DNA of 64,000 bases from Eubacteriales bacterium. GTDB taxonomy: Bacteria > Bacillota > Clostridia > Oscillospirales > UBA644. Of this stretch, positions 49,581-60,335 are shown one piece after another. How positions within the stretch are numbered: the first letter of the stretch is position 1; the number at the start of each line of letters is the position of its first letter. Location of the stretch: assembly GCA_045603745.1 (NCBI GenBank), contig JAZUMQ010000052.1, positions 19,280 through 83,279 on the forward strand, in the 5' to 3' direction. The notes below the pieces were generated by a model that had not been told where the DNA came from, did no database searches, and saw nothing but the letters and a program-made list of their open reading frames with translations. The translations under genes were made by a program, and so were the position numbers.

Positions 49581-49774
49581 AGTTCTCTTTGTTGATACCC
49601 CTTTGGGTTGATACTAAATAATGGGGGACATCCTTCCGATGCCCCCCATTATCCCTTATATCACCTGAAAATTATTGAAATATTTTGTCGTTTCCATAAT
49701 TTTCAGATGATACAAGGTATTATCTATCGGTCCCGTATAAACGGGGCACAATGCAAGAAAGCGAGTTTATCCAA

Positions 49775-50830
49775 ATGGGCAAGTATGTTCTGAAAAGATT
49801 AGGGTACGTCCTGGTCGTTTTTCTGATCCTCTCCCTGCTGATGTATCTGGTCTACGCAATGATTCCCTTTGACCGGGCACGTGCCGAAGTAGAACAGTAC
49901 AAAACGATCTACAAAAACGAACCCGAAAAATTTGAGGCAAAGTATCAGGAGCTCCGAAAAGAGCTTGGATTAGACCAAAACGTCATCGTACGGTATCTTG
50001 GTTGGATCGGTGTTGTTCCTATTAACGGACAATATCAAGGTCTGTTACAAGGAGACTTTGGCTACAGCTATACTTATGACCGTCCGGTCATTGAGCTATT
50101 AGCCGAACCGATGCGGAATACGGTCTTCATAAATATAATTGCGACAATTATCGCGCTGGGGATTACAATTCCCTTAGGTATCTTCTGTGCAACTCACCGC
50201 GGCGGCAAGCGAGATACCTTTATCCAAACGGCAACCATCATTGGCTATAGTATACCTACTTTTATTATGGCAATCGTTTTCATCTGGTTGTTGGCAATTC
50301 TTCTTCGAGAAGGGATAGAAACTCTGACCGGGCTTGATTTGAACATCTTCCCTGTCTCCGGAATGAAGACCCCCGGTTCCGATTTTACCGGAATAAAAAA
50401 ATATTTGGACGAACTCCATTACATGGCACTTCCCATTATCGTTATGACCGTGGGTTCTCTGGGTGGTATGACCCGTTACGTCCGTGCTTCCATGACCGAA
50501 GCTCTCAGCATGGACTGTATCCGCACAGCTCGTGCAAAAGGTCTGCGGGAAAAAGTAGTGGTTTATAGCCACGCTTGGAAGAACGCCTTGATTCCGATTA
50601 TTACGCTGGTCATCGGTTGGTTCCTCGGAATTTTCTCCGGCTCCATCATGATCGAAAATATTTTCGGACTGAACGGTATGGGACAACTGTACATCGGATC
50701 TTTGAACGCGAAAGACTTTGAAGTCGTTCTTCTGATTCAGATGTTCTACGTTATTATCGGTCTTTTAGGCAACCTTATTGTCGATATTGCATACGGTATC
50801 GCCGATCCGCGCGTCCGTGTGAACAAATAA
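49775..50830 (+). CDS. oppB: peptide ABC permease OppB
   Basis: GDFGYS, TARAKGL EAA loop, DPRVR. Confidence 0.9.
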   Translation: MGKYVLKRLGYVLVVFLILSLLMYLVYAMIPFDRARAEVEQYKTIYKNEPEKFEAKYQELRKELGLDQNVIVRYLGWIGVVPINGQYQGLLQGDFGYSYTYDRPVIELLAEPMRNTVFINIIATIIALGITIPLGIFCATHRGGKRDTFIQTATIIGYSIPTFIMAIVFIWLLAILLREGIETLTGLDLNIFPVSGMKTPGSDFTGIKKYLDELHYMALPIIVMTVGSLGGMTRYVRASMTEALSMDCIRTARAKGLREKVVVYSHAWKNALIPIITLVIGWFLGIFSGSIMIENIFGLNGMGQLYIGSLNAKDFEVVLLIQMFYVIIGLLGNLIVDIAYGIADPRVRVNK

Positions 50831-50849
50831 TAAAGGGGGATGAATTAAA

Positions 50850-52757
50850 ATGGAAAAGAAACAAAATAAACGTCCCTCCGGATTTTCACGTATGTTTGGG
50901 CGCATGTTCCTCGGGAATGCCGTGGAACATACGGTGGAAAACGAACGTTATGACAGTCCTTCCAAATTGGCGGTCAAACGGTTCTTCCGTAAGCCGATTG
51001 CAGTAACTGCACTGATCATTCTGATTGCAATGATCCTTTTTGTTATCATTGGGCCGATCTTCATGCCCATTGACCTCTCCTATACCGAGACGCTGCACCA
51101 AAACGTTGCACCGAATCTCACAATGATGAACATTCCGTCGGAAATGAAGGATTCCCCGATTAGCATCACCTCACAAGGCTCTTTCACCATGGGGGTTGAT
51201 AAAAACGGCGGCGTTCATACTTGGGGTTATTTTTACACATTCTCCAAAGATCCCGCAAAGAACGTAATGAACATTCCCGAAGCAGTAAAAAATGCAAATA
51301 TCGTTTTGGGAGCTGCCGGAACCGATCACTGTATCGCAATCGGAGACGACGGTACCATCTACGGTTGGGGGGACGACGACGTTGCGCAGTACGGTCGCAA
51401 CGGACGTATGTTGGGTGAATATCCGCAACCCATGGAACTGATTAACGGAAAAATTGACGTTGATAATATTTCTCAGTTGGTCTGTGGCGATCAGATGACC
51501 GGTATTTTGATGAAAGACGGTACTCTTTACGCTTGGGGTAACGCCATGGCAAAGTGTATCAACCTTGATTCCATTTATCGAGCCATCAAAAAAGAAAATA
51601 TTAAACTGGCAAAGATTTGCTTTACCAATACGAATATGTTTGGTATTACCGAAGATGGAAAGTTCATCACCGGTAGCAATAAACAGTATGAAATTTACCG
51701 CGGACAAAACACCCAAGAATACATTGGAAACCGCAAAGTTGTAGATATTGCATCGACCGGAGACAGCATTGTTCTTCTTTTGGAAGACAGTGAATTGATT
51801 TCTCTCGGTGCGATTACCACCGGACCGGAAATTCCCGAAGGTGAAAAAATTGCATCGGTTGCGTCCGGTTCCCGCCACTTCGTTCTGACGACCGAAAGCG
51901 GAAAAGCTTACGCTTGGGGGAACGGTGCACTGAATCAAACCGACGTTCCCAAGAAATTGACCGCAGAAGATTCTGTGGATACGGTTTACGCTTCCGGCTT
52001 CCAGAACTACGCTTTCAAAGATGGCAAACTGGTTGAAAAATGGGGTTTGCGTGGTTATTTGATGGGAACTGACGATCTCGGACGTGACGTTTTAAACCGC
52101 GTTGTTAACGGTGGCCGCATGACCATGACCATCGGAGCTGTAGCCGTTATTGTTTCTTCGATCATCGGAATTATCGTGGGTTGTATTTCCGGATACTTCG
52201 GCGGTTGGGTTGACCTCTTGCTGATGCGTGTTACCGAAATTTTCTCTGCCATTCCTTTCCTGCCCTTTGCCCTGGTTCTCTCTGCAATTCTTCAAGGAAG
52301 TAGCTTACAGGAAGATACCCGAATCTTCATCATCATGATCATTCTCGGGCTCCTGTCTTGGACCGGACTTGCAAAACTGGTTCGTGGACAGATCTTAGCA
52401 GAGCGGGAAAAAGAATTTGTCGTTGCTGCCCAATCTATGGGAATCAAAGAAAGCCGGATTGCATTTAAGCATATCCTGCCTAACGTGGTTTCGGTTATTA
52501 TCGTTTCCCTGACCTTGGACTTCGCAACCTGTATGCTTACCGAATCTTCCCTGTCTTACTTGGGCTTCGGCGTGAAATTGCCTCGTCCCACTTGGGGTAA
52601 TATGCTCGACGGATGCCGTAACTCCATCGTCATTCAACATTTCTGGTGGCGTTGGATCTTCCCTGCTCTGTTCCTTGCGATCACCGTTATTTGTATCAAT
52701 ATCATCGGCGATACGCTCCGTGACATTCTGGATCCCAAATCGGAGGTGGAAAAATAA
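50850..52757 (+). CDS. oppC: peptide ABC permease OppC with an RCC1-like repeat insertion
   Basis: MGTDDLGRD, HILPN, PTWG; ~300-aa extracellular insert with repeated G..YxWG. Confidence 0.85.
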   Translation: MEKKQNKRPSGFSRMFGRMFLGNAVEHTVENERYDSPSKLAVKRFFRKPIAVTALIILIAMILFVIIGPIFMPIDLSYTETLHQNVAPNLTMMNIPSEMKDSPISITSQGSFTMGVDKNGGVHTWGYFYTFSKDPAKNVMNIPEAVKNANIVLGAAGTDHCIAIGDDGTIYGWGDDDVAQYGRNGRMLGEYPQPMELINGKIDVDNISQLVCGDQMTGILMKDGTLYAWGNAMAKCINLDSIYRAIKKENIKLAKICFTNTNMFGITEDGKFITGSNKQYEIYRGQNTQEYIGNRKVVDIASTGDSIVLLLEDSELISLGAITTGPEIPEGEKIASVASGSRHFVLTTESGKAYAWGNGALNQTDVPKKLTAEDSVDTVYASGFQNYAFKDGKLVEKWGLRGYLMGTDDLGRDVLNRVVNGGRMTMTIGAVAVIVSSIIGIIVGCISGYFGGWVDLLLMRVTEIFSAIPFLPFALVLSAILQGSSLQEDTRIFIIMIILGLLSWTGLAKLVRGQILAEREKEFVVAAQSMGIKESRIAFKHILPNVVSVIIVSLTLDFATCMLTESSLSYLGFGVKLPRPTWGNMLDGCRNSIVIQHFWWRWIFPALFLAITVICINIIGDTLRDILDPKSEVEK

Positions 52758-53776
52758 TGCCGTTACTTGAAGTAAAAAATCTGCATACCTATTTTAAAAC
52801 GAGAAACGGTACGGTAAAAGCCGTAAATGACGTTTCCTATTCCATTGAACGGGGACGCACCCTGGGCATCGTGGGAGAATCCGGCTCCGGGAAGAGCGTT
52901 TCCGCAATGAGTATCCTTCGTCTGTTGGACGCAAACGGTTATATCGCAAGCGGAGAAGTCAACTTTGACGGAAAAGATTTGGTTCATCTTCCCACGCAGG
53001 ATTTGTATCATATCCGCGGAAATCGTATTTCTGTCATTTTCCAGGAACCGATGACCAGTTTGAATCCCGTATTTTCTATCAAACAACAGCTTTCTGAACC
53101 CTTTATTATCCACCAAAAGCTTTCCAAGAAGGAAGCAGAAGCTAAGTGTATCGAAATGCTGCGGGAAGTTCAGATTCCGAATCCGGAATCCGTAGCAAAA
53201 CAGTATCCCCATCAGCTTTCGGGCGGTATGAGACAACGCGTCATGATTGCCATGGCATTGGCTTGCAAACCCGACATTCTGATTGCAGACGAACCCACCA
53301 CCGCATTGGACGTAACCATTCAGGCTCAGATTCTGAAGCTGATGAACAATCTGCAGAAAGAAAACGGAACCGCCATTATGTTCATCACCCATGATCTTGG
53401 TGTTATTAACGAAATGGCAGATGACGTCGTCGTTATGTACTGCGGTCAGGTAGTAGAACAAGCACCCGCAAAAATTATCTTTGCAGACTGCAAACAAAGT
53501 CACCCCTACACGGAAGGATTGATGTTCTCGATCCCCCGTTTGAATGATGATCGCTCCAAGTTAGATCCCATTCCCGGCGTAGTTCCTCACCCCCTGGATC
53601 TTCCCAAGGGTTGTAAGTTCGCGCCTCGCTGTAAGTATTGCACGCAAAAATGCATTGACGAAGAACCCGGACTTGTCAAAGTAGATGAAAATCAGTACGT
53701 GAGATGCTTCTATCCGGAAAAAGCGGAAAGGAGAAGTGCAGAACATGAACAAATTACTGTCAATCAACAATCTTAA
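52757..53776 (+). CDS. oppD: peptide ABC ATPase OppD
   Basis: [20 protein letters not shown]-terminal Cys. Confidence 0.95.
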   Translation: MPLLEVKNLHTYFKTRNGTVKAVNDVSYSIERGRTLGIVGESGSGKSVSAMSILRLLDANGYIASGEVNFDGKDLVHLPTQDLYHIRGNRISVIFQEPMTSLNPVFSIKQQLSEPFIIHQKLSKKEAEAKCIEMLREVQIPNPESVAKQYPHQLSGGMRQRVMIAMALACKPDILIADEPTTALDVTIQAQILKLMNNLQKENGTAIMFITHDLGVINEMADDVVVMYCGQVVEQAPAKIIFADCKQSHPYTEGLMFSIPRLNDDRSKLDPIPGVVPHPLDLPKGCKFAPRCKYCTQKCIDEEPGLVKVDENQYVRCFYPEKAERRSAEHEQITVNQQS

Positions 53777-55319
53777 AAAATATTTTCCGCTGGCAAAGAC
53801 CAAAGTTTTCCAGAAAGAACAACTCTACACCCGGGCAAACGAGGACATCTCCATTGATATTTTTGAAGGGGAAACCTTTGGTTTGGTAGGAGAATCCGGT
53901 TGTGGGAAATCTACCCTTGGCCGCGTCCTTCTTCAGATTTACGAACAAACCGCAGGAAACTGTATGTATTACGGTCGCACCATTGATGCGGTAGCACCTC
54001 AATACGTACACAACACCCTCAGCCATGCCACCGCCTTCGTGGAAAAATACCACGCGGCAGAACAAAAGGTAAAAGATCTTACCGAGAAATGTGATGCACT
54101 GGGCGATAACGCAACCTTCTTCGATCTTCAGGAAAAGAATCTTGCCGTTGCCGATGCAAAAACCGCATTGGACAACGTGGCTAAAATTCTGGGCGGATTC
54201 GTTGCAAAGGATACAAAAGAAGGCGCAGCACTTCTGTTGGAACGTTTTGGATACTCCGTCCATATGGCGAAGTTGAACGAAAAAATTTCCGATGCGAAAT
54301 TGGAAATTGAAATCTTAGAAAACAGCGATAAAAAGCAACCTGAGAAACTCGAAAAGATTAACGCAAAAATCAGTGCATTGCAGACTGAAAGCGACAAGAT
54401 TGCCGCTTCGATCTCCGACGTGGATCTCAAAATTGCCGATCTGAAAGCAAAATATAAAGAAGATGAAGAATTTTCCAAATACGAAGCGATGTTGGATAAC
54501 GGAATCGATCTTTCTCGCTTGAATAAGGCAGAAATGAGATTGCTTCGCAAGGATTTGCAAATTATCTTCCAAGATCCCTACTCTTCCCTGAATCCCCGTA
54601 TGACCGTGGGACAAATCATTGAAGAAGGTCTGATCACCCATAAATTCTACAAACCCGGCTCTCCCAAAATGAAGGAACACGTATTCCGCGTTATGGAAGA
54701 ATGCGGTTTGCAGAAATATATGTACAATCGCTATCCCCATCAATTCTCCGGCGGTCAACGTCAGAGAATCTGTATTGCAAGAGCCTTGGCGGTTAATCCC
54801 AAATTCGTGGTTTGTGACGAATGCGTTTCTGCCTTGGACGTTTCCATTCAGTCTCAGATCATCAACCTGTTGCAAGATCTGAAAGAACAAGAAAAACTGA
54901 CCTATTTGTTCATTTCTCATAACCTTTCCGTTGTACGTTATATCTCCGATCGCATCGGCGTTATGTATCTTGGGAATATCGTAGAAGTCGCAGATACGGA
55001 CACATTGTTTAAGGATCCCCGCCACCCCTATACGTTGGCATTGCTCAGCTCGATTCCTACCACAGATCCCGACAGCCTTTCTAAGGAGCGGATCATTCTG
55101 GAAGGGAACATTCCGGGAAATATCAAACCGCCCTCCGGTTGTAAGTTCCACACTCGTTGCTATATGGCTTGCGACAAATGTAAGAGAGTTCCTCCCCCGC
55201 TGACGGAAGTCGAACCGGGACACTTCGTAGCTTGCCATTTCTTGGATAAGAAGATGGACGAAAACGGCAATTATTTGTTTGATGTCAATCTGGTAGCCCA
55301 CGGATCGGAACGCGGCTAA
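53745..55319 (+). CDS. oppF: peptide ABC ATPase OppF with a coiled-coil insertion
   Basis: [19 protein letters not shown]; ~175-aa helical insert. Confidence 0.9.
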   Translation: MNKLLSINNLKKYFPLAKTKVFQKEQLYTRANEDISIDIFEGETFGLVGESGCGKSTLGRVLLQIYEQTAGNCMYYGRTIDAVAPQYVHNTLSHATAFVEKYHAAEQKVKDLTEKCDALGDNATFFDLQEKNLAVADAKTALDNVAKILGGFVAKDTKEGAALLLERFGYSVHMAKLNEKISDAKLEIEILENSDKKQPEKLEKINAKISALQTESDKIAASISDVDLKIADLKAKYKEDEEFSKYEAMLDNGIDLSRLNKAEMRLLRKDLQIIFQDPYSSLNPRMTVGQIIEEGLITHKFYKPGSPKMKEHVFRVMEECGLQKYMYNRYPHQFSGGQRQRICIARALAVNPKFVVCDECVSALDVSIQSQIINLLQDLKEQEKLTYLFISHNLSVVRYISDRIGVMYLGNIVEVADTDTLFKDPRHPYTLALLSSIPTTDPDSLSKERIILEGNIPGNIKPPSGCKFHTRCYMACDKCKRVPPPLTEVEPGHFVACHFLDKKMDENGNYLFDVNLVAHGSERG

Positions 55320-55340
55320 GACAAAAAAAGGACGTAAACT

Positions 55341-55544
55341 ATGCTCTTTTTCCGAAAAAAACTGAAAAAAGCTTCAAAAGAAGATGAGGAACGCTTTGCT
55401 CGTACCATGGAAGAAAACAACGTTGGTTTCAAAGATAAGTTTGCTATGGTGATTTCCGCATTGCTCGTTCTGGTTCTTCCCAGTCTATTGGTTCTTTTGG
55501 TACTCAGCGGTTTTGTGATGTTCCTATTTGGTGCATTCCGATAA
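55341..55544 (+). CDS. small membrane protein
   Basis: C-terminal hydrophobic segment; last gene of the opp operon, before a terminator. Confidence 0.7.
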   Translation: MLFFRKKLKKASKEDEERFARTMEENNVGFKDKFAMVISALLVLVLPSLLVLLVLSGFVMFLFGAFR

Positions 55545-55693
55545 TCCGTCGTGTGAAATAATAAGTATCCCCGGCAGGAATTTCTGTCGGGGAATTCTTA
55601 TAATTTCGGAAAAAGACTTGAAATTTGTCGGATTATATGTTATAATCTATATGTACTCATTTATCTTGATTTGAGAAAGGATATTTGTTTGTT

Positions 55694-57106
55694 ATGACAG
55701 AAAATTGCAACGGTCCCCGCAGCCAAAGAAATCGAAGAAAAAAATGCGGCAAACTTGCACTGATCATTATTGCTGCGGTACTGTTTGTTATTGCAATTGT
55801 TTTTGTAGTAATATTTGCGATTAAAAACGCTCCAACCTCAAACCCTTCAGACACCGATATAACAGATTCCTTGAATTCCACGGAAATTTCGGATACAAAT
55901 ACAGACACACCGGAGGACAACTCGATCGTTCCGGTCTCCTCAGCTACCGTTTCCGTTGTAGGAGACATTTTAACTCATCTTTCCGTATTGACTGCCGCAA
56001 AAGATACGGAAACGGATTCCTATATCTTTGATCCATTCTTTTCCTATGTTTCTCCTTATATTTCCAAGGCAGACTATGCCGTATCAAACTTAGAAGTCAC
56101 CTTAGGTGGAACGGAAAATGGAAAAACCTATACCGGTTATCCTCGATTTAATTCCCCGGACGCCATCGCTACGGCATTGAAAACTGCCGGATTCGACATG
56201 GCAATGACTGCCAATAACCATTGCTACGATACCGGACTTACGGGGCTTCAGAGAACATTAAACGTCCTTTCGGAAAATGGATTGGATACACTTGGTACGG
56301 TTTCCGATAAAAACAATGCAAAATACATTGTAAAAGATATAAATGGAATTCGTATCGGAATGATCTCTTACACCTATGAAACCAGTGATTCTTACCCTGA
56401 CAGACCGTCCATCAACGGAATATTAACCTCCGAAACTTCCGTTGGTCACATCAATTCTTTTGACTATAAACAATTAGATAAGTTTTATGCAGAAGTAAAA
56501 GACCATATCACAAACATGAAAGCTGCAGGGGCAGAGGCTACGGTTCTTTATATTCATTGGGGGAATGAATATCAGCTCGCCCCTGCGACCTCACAAAAAA
56601 ATATTGCACAGAAGATCTGTGATCTTGGCATTGACGTTATTGTAGGTGGCCACCCCCACGTCATTCAACCGATGGACCTGTTGGAAAGCACCGTAGACGA
56701 AAACCACAAGACCGTATGTCTCTATTCCACCGGAAATTTCCTCTCCAATCAACGGCGGAATCTAATGGATTTGAAAACCGGGAATACGGAAGACGGTATC
56801 GTATTTTCGTTTTCCTTTACGAAATACAGTGACGGAACAGTGGCACTGGAAGAGGCAGACGTTCTTCCTACGTGGATTTACCTGCACAAGGAAAACGGTA
56901 AAAACGTTTACAGTATTCTTCCTTTAGATCAATCGATTGAAGATTGGAAAACAACATTCACCCTTAACGATGCAAATCTTACCCATGCAGAAGAATCTTA
57001 CGAGCGCACCATGTCGCTTGTAGGAGAAGGCTTGACCGAAATTAAAACCTATCTACAAGAAGAAAAGATCGCCCGATTGGAAGCCTTTGCACAAGTGAAT
57101 CAATAA
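55694..57106 (+). CDS. CapA/PgsA-family metallophosphoesterase
   Basis: VGDIL, NLE, ANNHCYD, HWGNE, GGHPHV, YSTGNF. Confidence 0.9.
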   Translation: MTENCNGPRSQRNRRKKCGKLALIIIAAVLFVIAIVFVVIFAIKNAPTSNPSDTDITDSLNSTEISDTNTDTPEDNSIVPVSSATVSVVGDILTHLSVLTAAKDTETDSYIFDPFFSYVSPYISKADYAVSNLEVTLGGTENGKTYTGYPRFNSPDAIATALKTAGFDMAMTANNHCYDTGLTGLQRTLNVLSENGLDTLGTVSDKNNAKYIVKDINGIRIGMISYTYETSDSYPDRPSINGILTSETSVGHINSFDYKQLDKFYAEVKDHITNMKAAGAEATVLYIHWGNEYQLAPATSQKNIAQKICDLGIDVIVGGHPHVIQPMDLLESTVDENHKTVCLYSTGNFLSNQRRNLMDLKTGNTEDGIVFSFSFTKYSDGTVALEEADVLPTWIYLHKENGKNVYSILPLDQSIEDWKTTFTLNDANLTHAEESYERTMSLVGEGLTEIKTYLQEEKIARLEAFAQVNQ

Positions 57107-57208
57107 TCTTTTATGACCATCGAAGCCTTTTGATGGTCATTTTTTTGCGTTCTTGACGGAATAATACAAAAGAATACGCTGATACTATTTTTACAAGGAC
57201 GTGATAAA

Positions 57209-58507
57209 ATGAGTTCAATTTGGACAGAAAACATAGACCGAAAAAGTTTCAAACCTTTAAAACAAGATATTCAAACCGACGTGCTTATTATCGGTGGAGG
57301 GATTGCGGGTATTCTATGCGCATATCAGTTAAAAAAAACAGGAATTGATTGTGTATTGGTAGAGGCAAAACGTGTTTGTAGTGGAATTACTGAAAACACT
57401 ACGGCAAAAATCACACTGCAACACGGATTGATCTACGACAAATTGATAAAAAAATACGGACTTGAAAAAGCACGACTTTATGCAGATGCAAATCGAAAAG
57501 CCGTTGCGGAATATTCACGCATTTGCAACGGCGTTGATTGTAAATACGAAATCAAGGATTCATATGTGTATTCTCTTAGTGATCGAGACAAGATTGAAAG
57601 AGAAGCGCGAGCACTTCAAAAACTCGGGATCGACGGAACATTTTGCGAATCGGTCGATCTCCCCTTTTCCATTGCAGGAGCGGTGCAAATCAAAGAACAA
57701 GCACAATTTCACCCTTTAAAATTTCTATTTGAAATTGCGAAAAATCTCCCCATATACGAAAATACAAAAGTATTAGAACTAACTCCATACAACGCCATAA
57801 CACCATATGGAGAAATTAAGTGTAAAAAAATCATCGTTGCAACGCATTTCCCGATAATAAACAAACACGGCGGATATTTTCTAAAAATGTATCAACATCG
57901 CTCCTATGTCATTGCTCTTGAAAACGCACAAGCCATGAATGGAATGTACGTTGATGAAGACGAAAAAGGGTTGTCATTTCGCAATTTCGGAAATCTTCTA
58001 CTTCTGGGAGGCGGTGCGCATCGCACCGGAAAAAAGGGCGGGAACTGGAAGGAATTGGAAGATTTTGCAAAGAAACATTACCCCTCTGCACAAATTCACC
58101 ATCAATGGGCAACCCAAGATTGTATGACCTTAGACGGAATCCCATATATCGGACAATACTCCAAAAGCACACCCGACTTGTACGTTGCCACCGGATTTAA
58201 CAAGTGGGGTATGACTTCGTCGATGGTTTCCGCAATGATCCTTACAGATTTGATTCGAGGCAAAGAAAATAAGTATACTGAGGTGTTTTCACCCCAAAGA
58301 AGCATACTGCACCCTCAGCTTGCTGTAAATACTTTTGAGTCTATAATGGGATTAATTACGCCTTCCGTACCTCGTTGCCCTCATTTAGGTTGTGCATTAA
58401 AATACAATCCGGAAGAACATTCCTGGGACTGCCCCTGTCATGGTTCCCGCTTTACGGAAAACGGAGAGCTAATTGACAATCCGGCAACCGACGATAAAGA
58501 AATATGA
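57209..58507 (+). CDS. FAD-dependent oxidoreductase with C-terminal Rieske domain (YhfW-like)
   Basis: IIGGGIAG; CPHLGC...WDCPCHGSRF. Confidence 0.9.
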   Translation: MSSIWTENIDRKSFKPLKQDIQTDVLIIGGGIAGILCAYQLKKTGIDCVLVEAKRVCSGITENTTAKITLQHGLIYDKLIKKYGLEKARLYADANRKAVAEYSRICNGVDCKYEIKDSYVYSLSDRDKIEREARALQKLGIDGTFCESVDLPFSIAGAVQIKEQAQFHPLKFLFEIAKNLPIYENTKVLELTPYNAITPYGEIKCKKIIVATHFPIINKHGGYFLKMYQHRSYVIALENAQAMNGMYVDEDEKGLSFRNFGNLLLLGGGAHRTGKKGGNWKELEDFAKKHYPSAQIHHQWATQDCMTLDGIPYIGQYSKSTPDLYVATGFNKWGMTSSMVSAMILTDLIRGKENKYTEVFSPQRSILHPQLAVNTFESIMGLITPSVPRCPHLGCALKYNPEEHSWDCPCHGSRFTENGELIDNPATDDKEI

Positions 58508-58726
58508 GCGGATAAACTTTTTACAAAAAAATTGTAGTATTATAGAAAATGTTGAGATACCCGAATGCGGAAGTAATTACAATGCAGGCACCCGAAAAGG
58601 TGTATTACAAAATCTGCATAAAACAAAAGAGCAGGCATAAAAACCTGCTCCATACATAACGAAGAAACTCGAAATTACAAAAAAATTAACTCAAATCCGT
58701 TATGAAGCGACTTCATTATTCACTCG

Positions 58727-58854
58727 AAAATCCGTTCTCTTTTAATGAATAATGAATGATGAAAAATGAATAGTGAATAATACAAAACGAAAATCCGCCC
58801 TCTTACGAGAACGGACTTTCGTTTTGGTGCGGGTAACAGGACTTGAACCTGCAC
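58727..58854. repeat. 128-bp near-identical repeat, copy 2
   Basis: Matches 34886-35013. Confidence 0.85.
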
Positions 58855-58911
58855 AGCCTTGCGACCATTAGAACCTGAATCTAACGCGTCTGCCAATTCC
58901 GCCATACCCGC
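58825..58911 (-). tRNA. tRNA-Leu(CAG)
   Basis: Anticodon loop TTCAGGT, long variable arm, CCA. Confidence 0.95.
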
Positions 58912-59016
58912 ATATAAATTTACCTTGGATATTATAGCATATTTTCAAGCGGTTGTCAAGGCGTTTTTAATGTCATTTTTGTAAACTTTTCCACGAAAAA
59001 CAACCGTTGTAATATT

Positions 59017-60129
59017 CTAAAGTATACGAACAACGTTGGGTTTTAAGTCTTTGTTCCGTTCTTTTGTTTTCGGGGTCTGATGCCGGCAGATCCAAAACAA
59101 AATCAATGGAACCAAGAATTGTAAAGGAAGTGCAAAATATGGAAAAATTTGCAGGTAATTAAAAACAGAATTCGTATTATCAAAAGCGATGGCAGAATAC
59201 CCGCAAAGCAATAGTATCAAAGGAAATGAAATCGGTTTAGGATCCACCGAAATCATACTACGGATCCCTCGGGAAACCAATTTCATGAAATAAGCGGATC
59301 GAACAATCGCCGATAAAAAGAAGAACAATGATGAAAAAACTTCAATTCGCGAAAAAAAGTCGCCGACGTTAACCAAGGAAGCGGCAAAGTTGAGAGGAAA
59401 ATCCAAAGTATTAGATAATTTTCCGCCCAACAACAAAATATTCTGAAAAACAACAAGTAAAGACAACGCAGATGATATAATTGCGACCGAAATCCAGGCT
59501 TTCCGTTCTTTTTTCGGTTCTTTAGGATAAAAAGACAAACCGAGCAATAAGAATGCATTTCCAAAGGGAAAAGCAAGATTTTCCGCGGTGCAATAGAACA
59601 CGTCTGCAGTATTTTTATAAAAGATCGGGAAAAGGTTTTCCACACGAAACATTTGAACCAAAAAGGCAAACACTAAAAAAACGATAAACGCTATCGGAAT
59701 TATCGTTATATATGAAAAGCGGTACAACATTTGATCTTCGCGAAAAAGAAAAAACAATACCGTTAAACTGATGAGCGCCAACAAAATCAAAATATCGGTA
59801 TTCGGCAATGAAACGATGTGAACAAATCCGGCGTAGACCCGCAGGGTAATTGCTGCCTGACTAAAACAATAGAAAGTGATGATTCCGACCATTGGATAAC
59901 TGATCCATTGGGGAAGAATTTTCAATAAATCAAAAATATCTTTTCCCGGATATAAAATCGAAATTTTAGATAAAAAAAGCATCCATAATATCAAGATGAT
60001 CGAAGTAAACAACATCGAAATCCAAGTATCTTGTTCTGCCCGGTAGCTGCTTCCGATCAGAAGATTGGCTCCCATCAAAAACAAGATGGCAAAGGAACCG
60101 TTTTGGCGTGTTTTTGGAGAAACTTTCAT
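59017..60129 (-). CDS. spore germination receptor B subunit (GerAB-like)
   Basis: AEQDTWIS, FFSRIE; ~10 TMs. Confidence 0.8.
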   Translation of the reverse strand: MKVSPKTRQNGSFAILFLMGANLLIGSSYRAEQDTWISMLFTSIILILWMLFLSKISILYPGKDIFDLLKILPQWISYPMVGIITFYCFSQAAITLRVYAGFVHIVSLPNTDILILLALISLTVLFFLFREDQMLYRFSYITIIPIAFIVFLVFAFLVQMFRVENLFPIFYKNTADVFYCTAENLAFPFGNAFLLLGLSFYPKEPKKERKAWISVAIISSALSLLVVFQNILLLGGKLSNTLDFPLNFAASLVNVGDFFSRIEVFSSLFFFLSAIVRSAYFMKLVSRGIRSMISVDPKPISFPLILLLCGYSAIAFDNTNSVFNYLQIFPYFALPLQFLVPLILFWICRHQTPKTKERNKDLKPNVVRIL

Positions 60130-60335
60130 AAGACTAAGCCCGCCTTCCCGAACAGATTCAAAATCCAAGATGACAATCCGATACCTATAATTCCATAGGA
60201 GTAAAAAATAAAGCATATCGTTGCAAGAAGAATCAACACCAATCCGGTTCGGCGTGTCGTTTTTGTTGAAGAGCAACGGAAAATATACCATATTGCTCCG
60301 CCACCGACCAGGAGAGGAAAAAATAATTGCGTCAT
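60126..60335 (-). CDS. small membrane protein of the ger operon (D-subunit-like)
   Basis: ATGA-coupled on both sides; two hydrophobic segments. Confidence 0.65.
   Translation of the reverse strand: MTQLFFPLLVGGGAIWYIFRCSSTKTTRRTGLVLILLATICFIFYSYGIIGIGLSSWILNLFGKAGLVL

Noticed and set aside
35013..58727. Region between the tRNA-Leu repeats as a genomic island
   Set aside because: Contains core genes (mscL, ssrA, opp) and no integrase; both tRNAs are complete.
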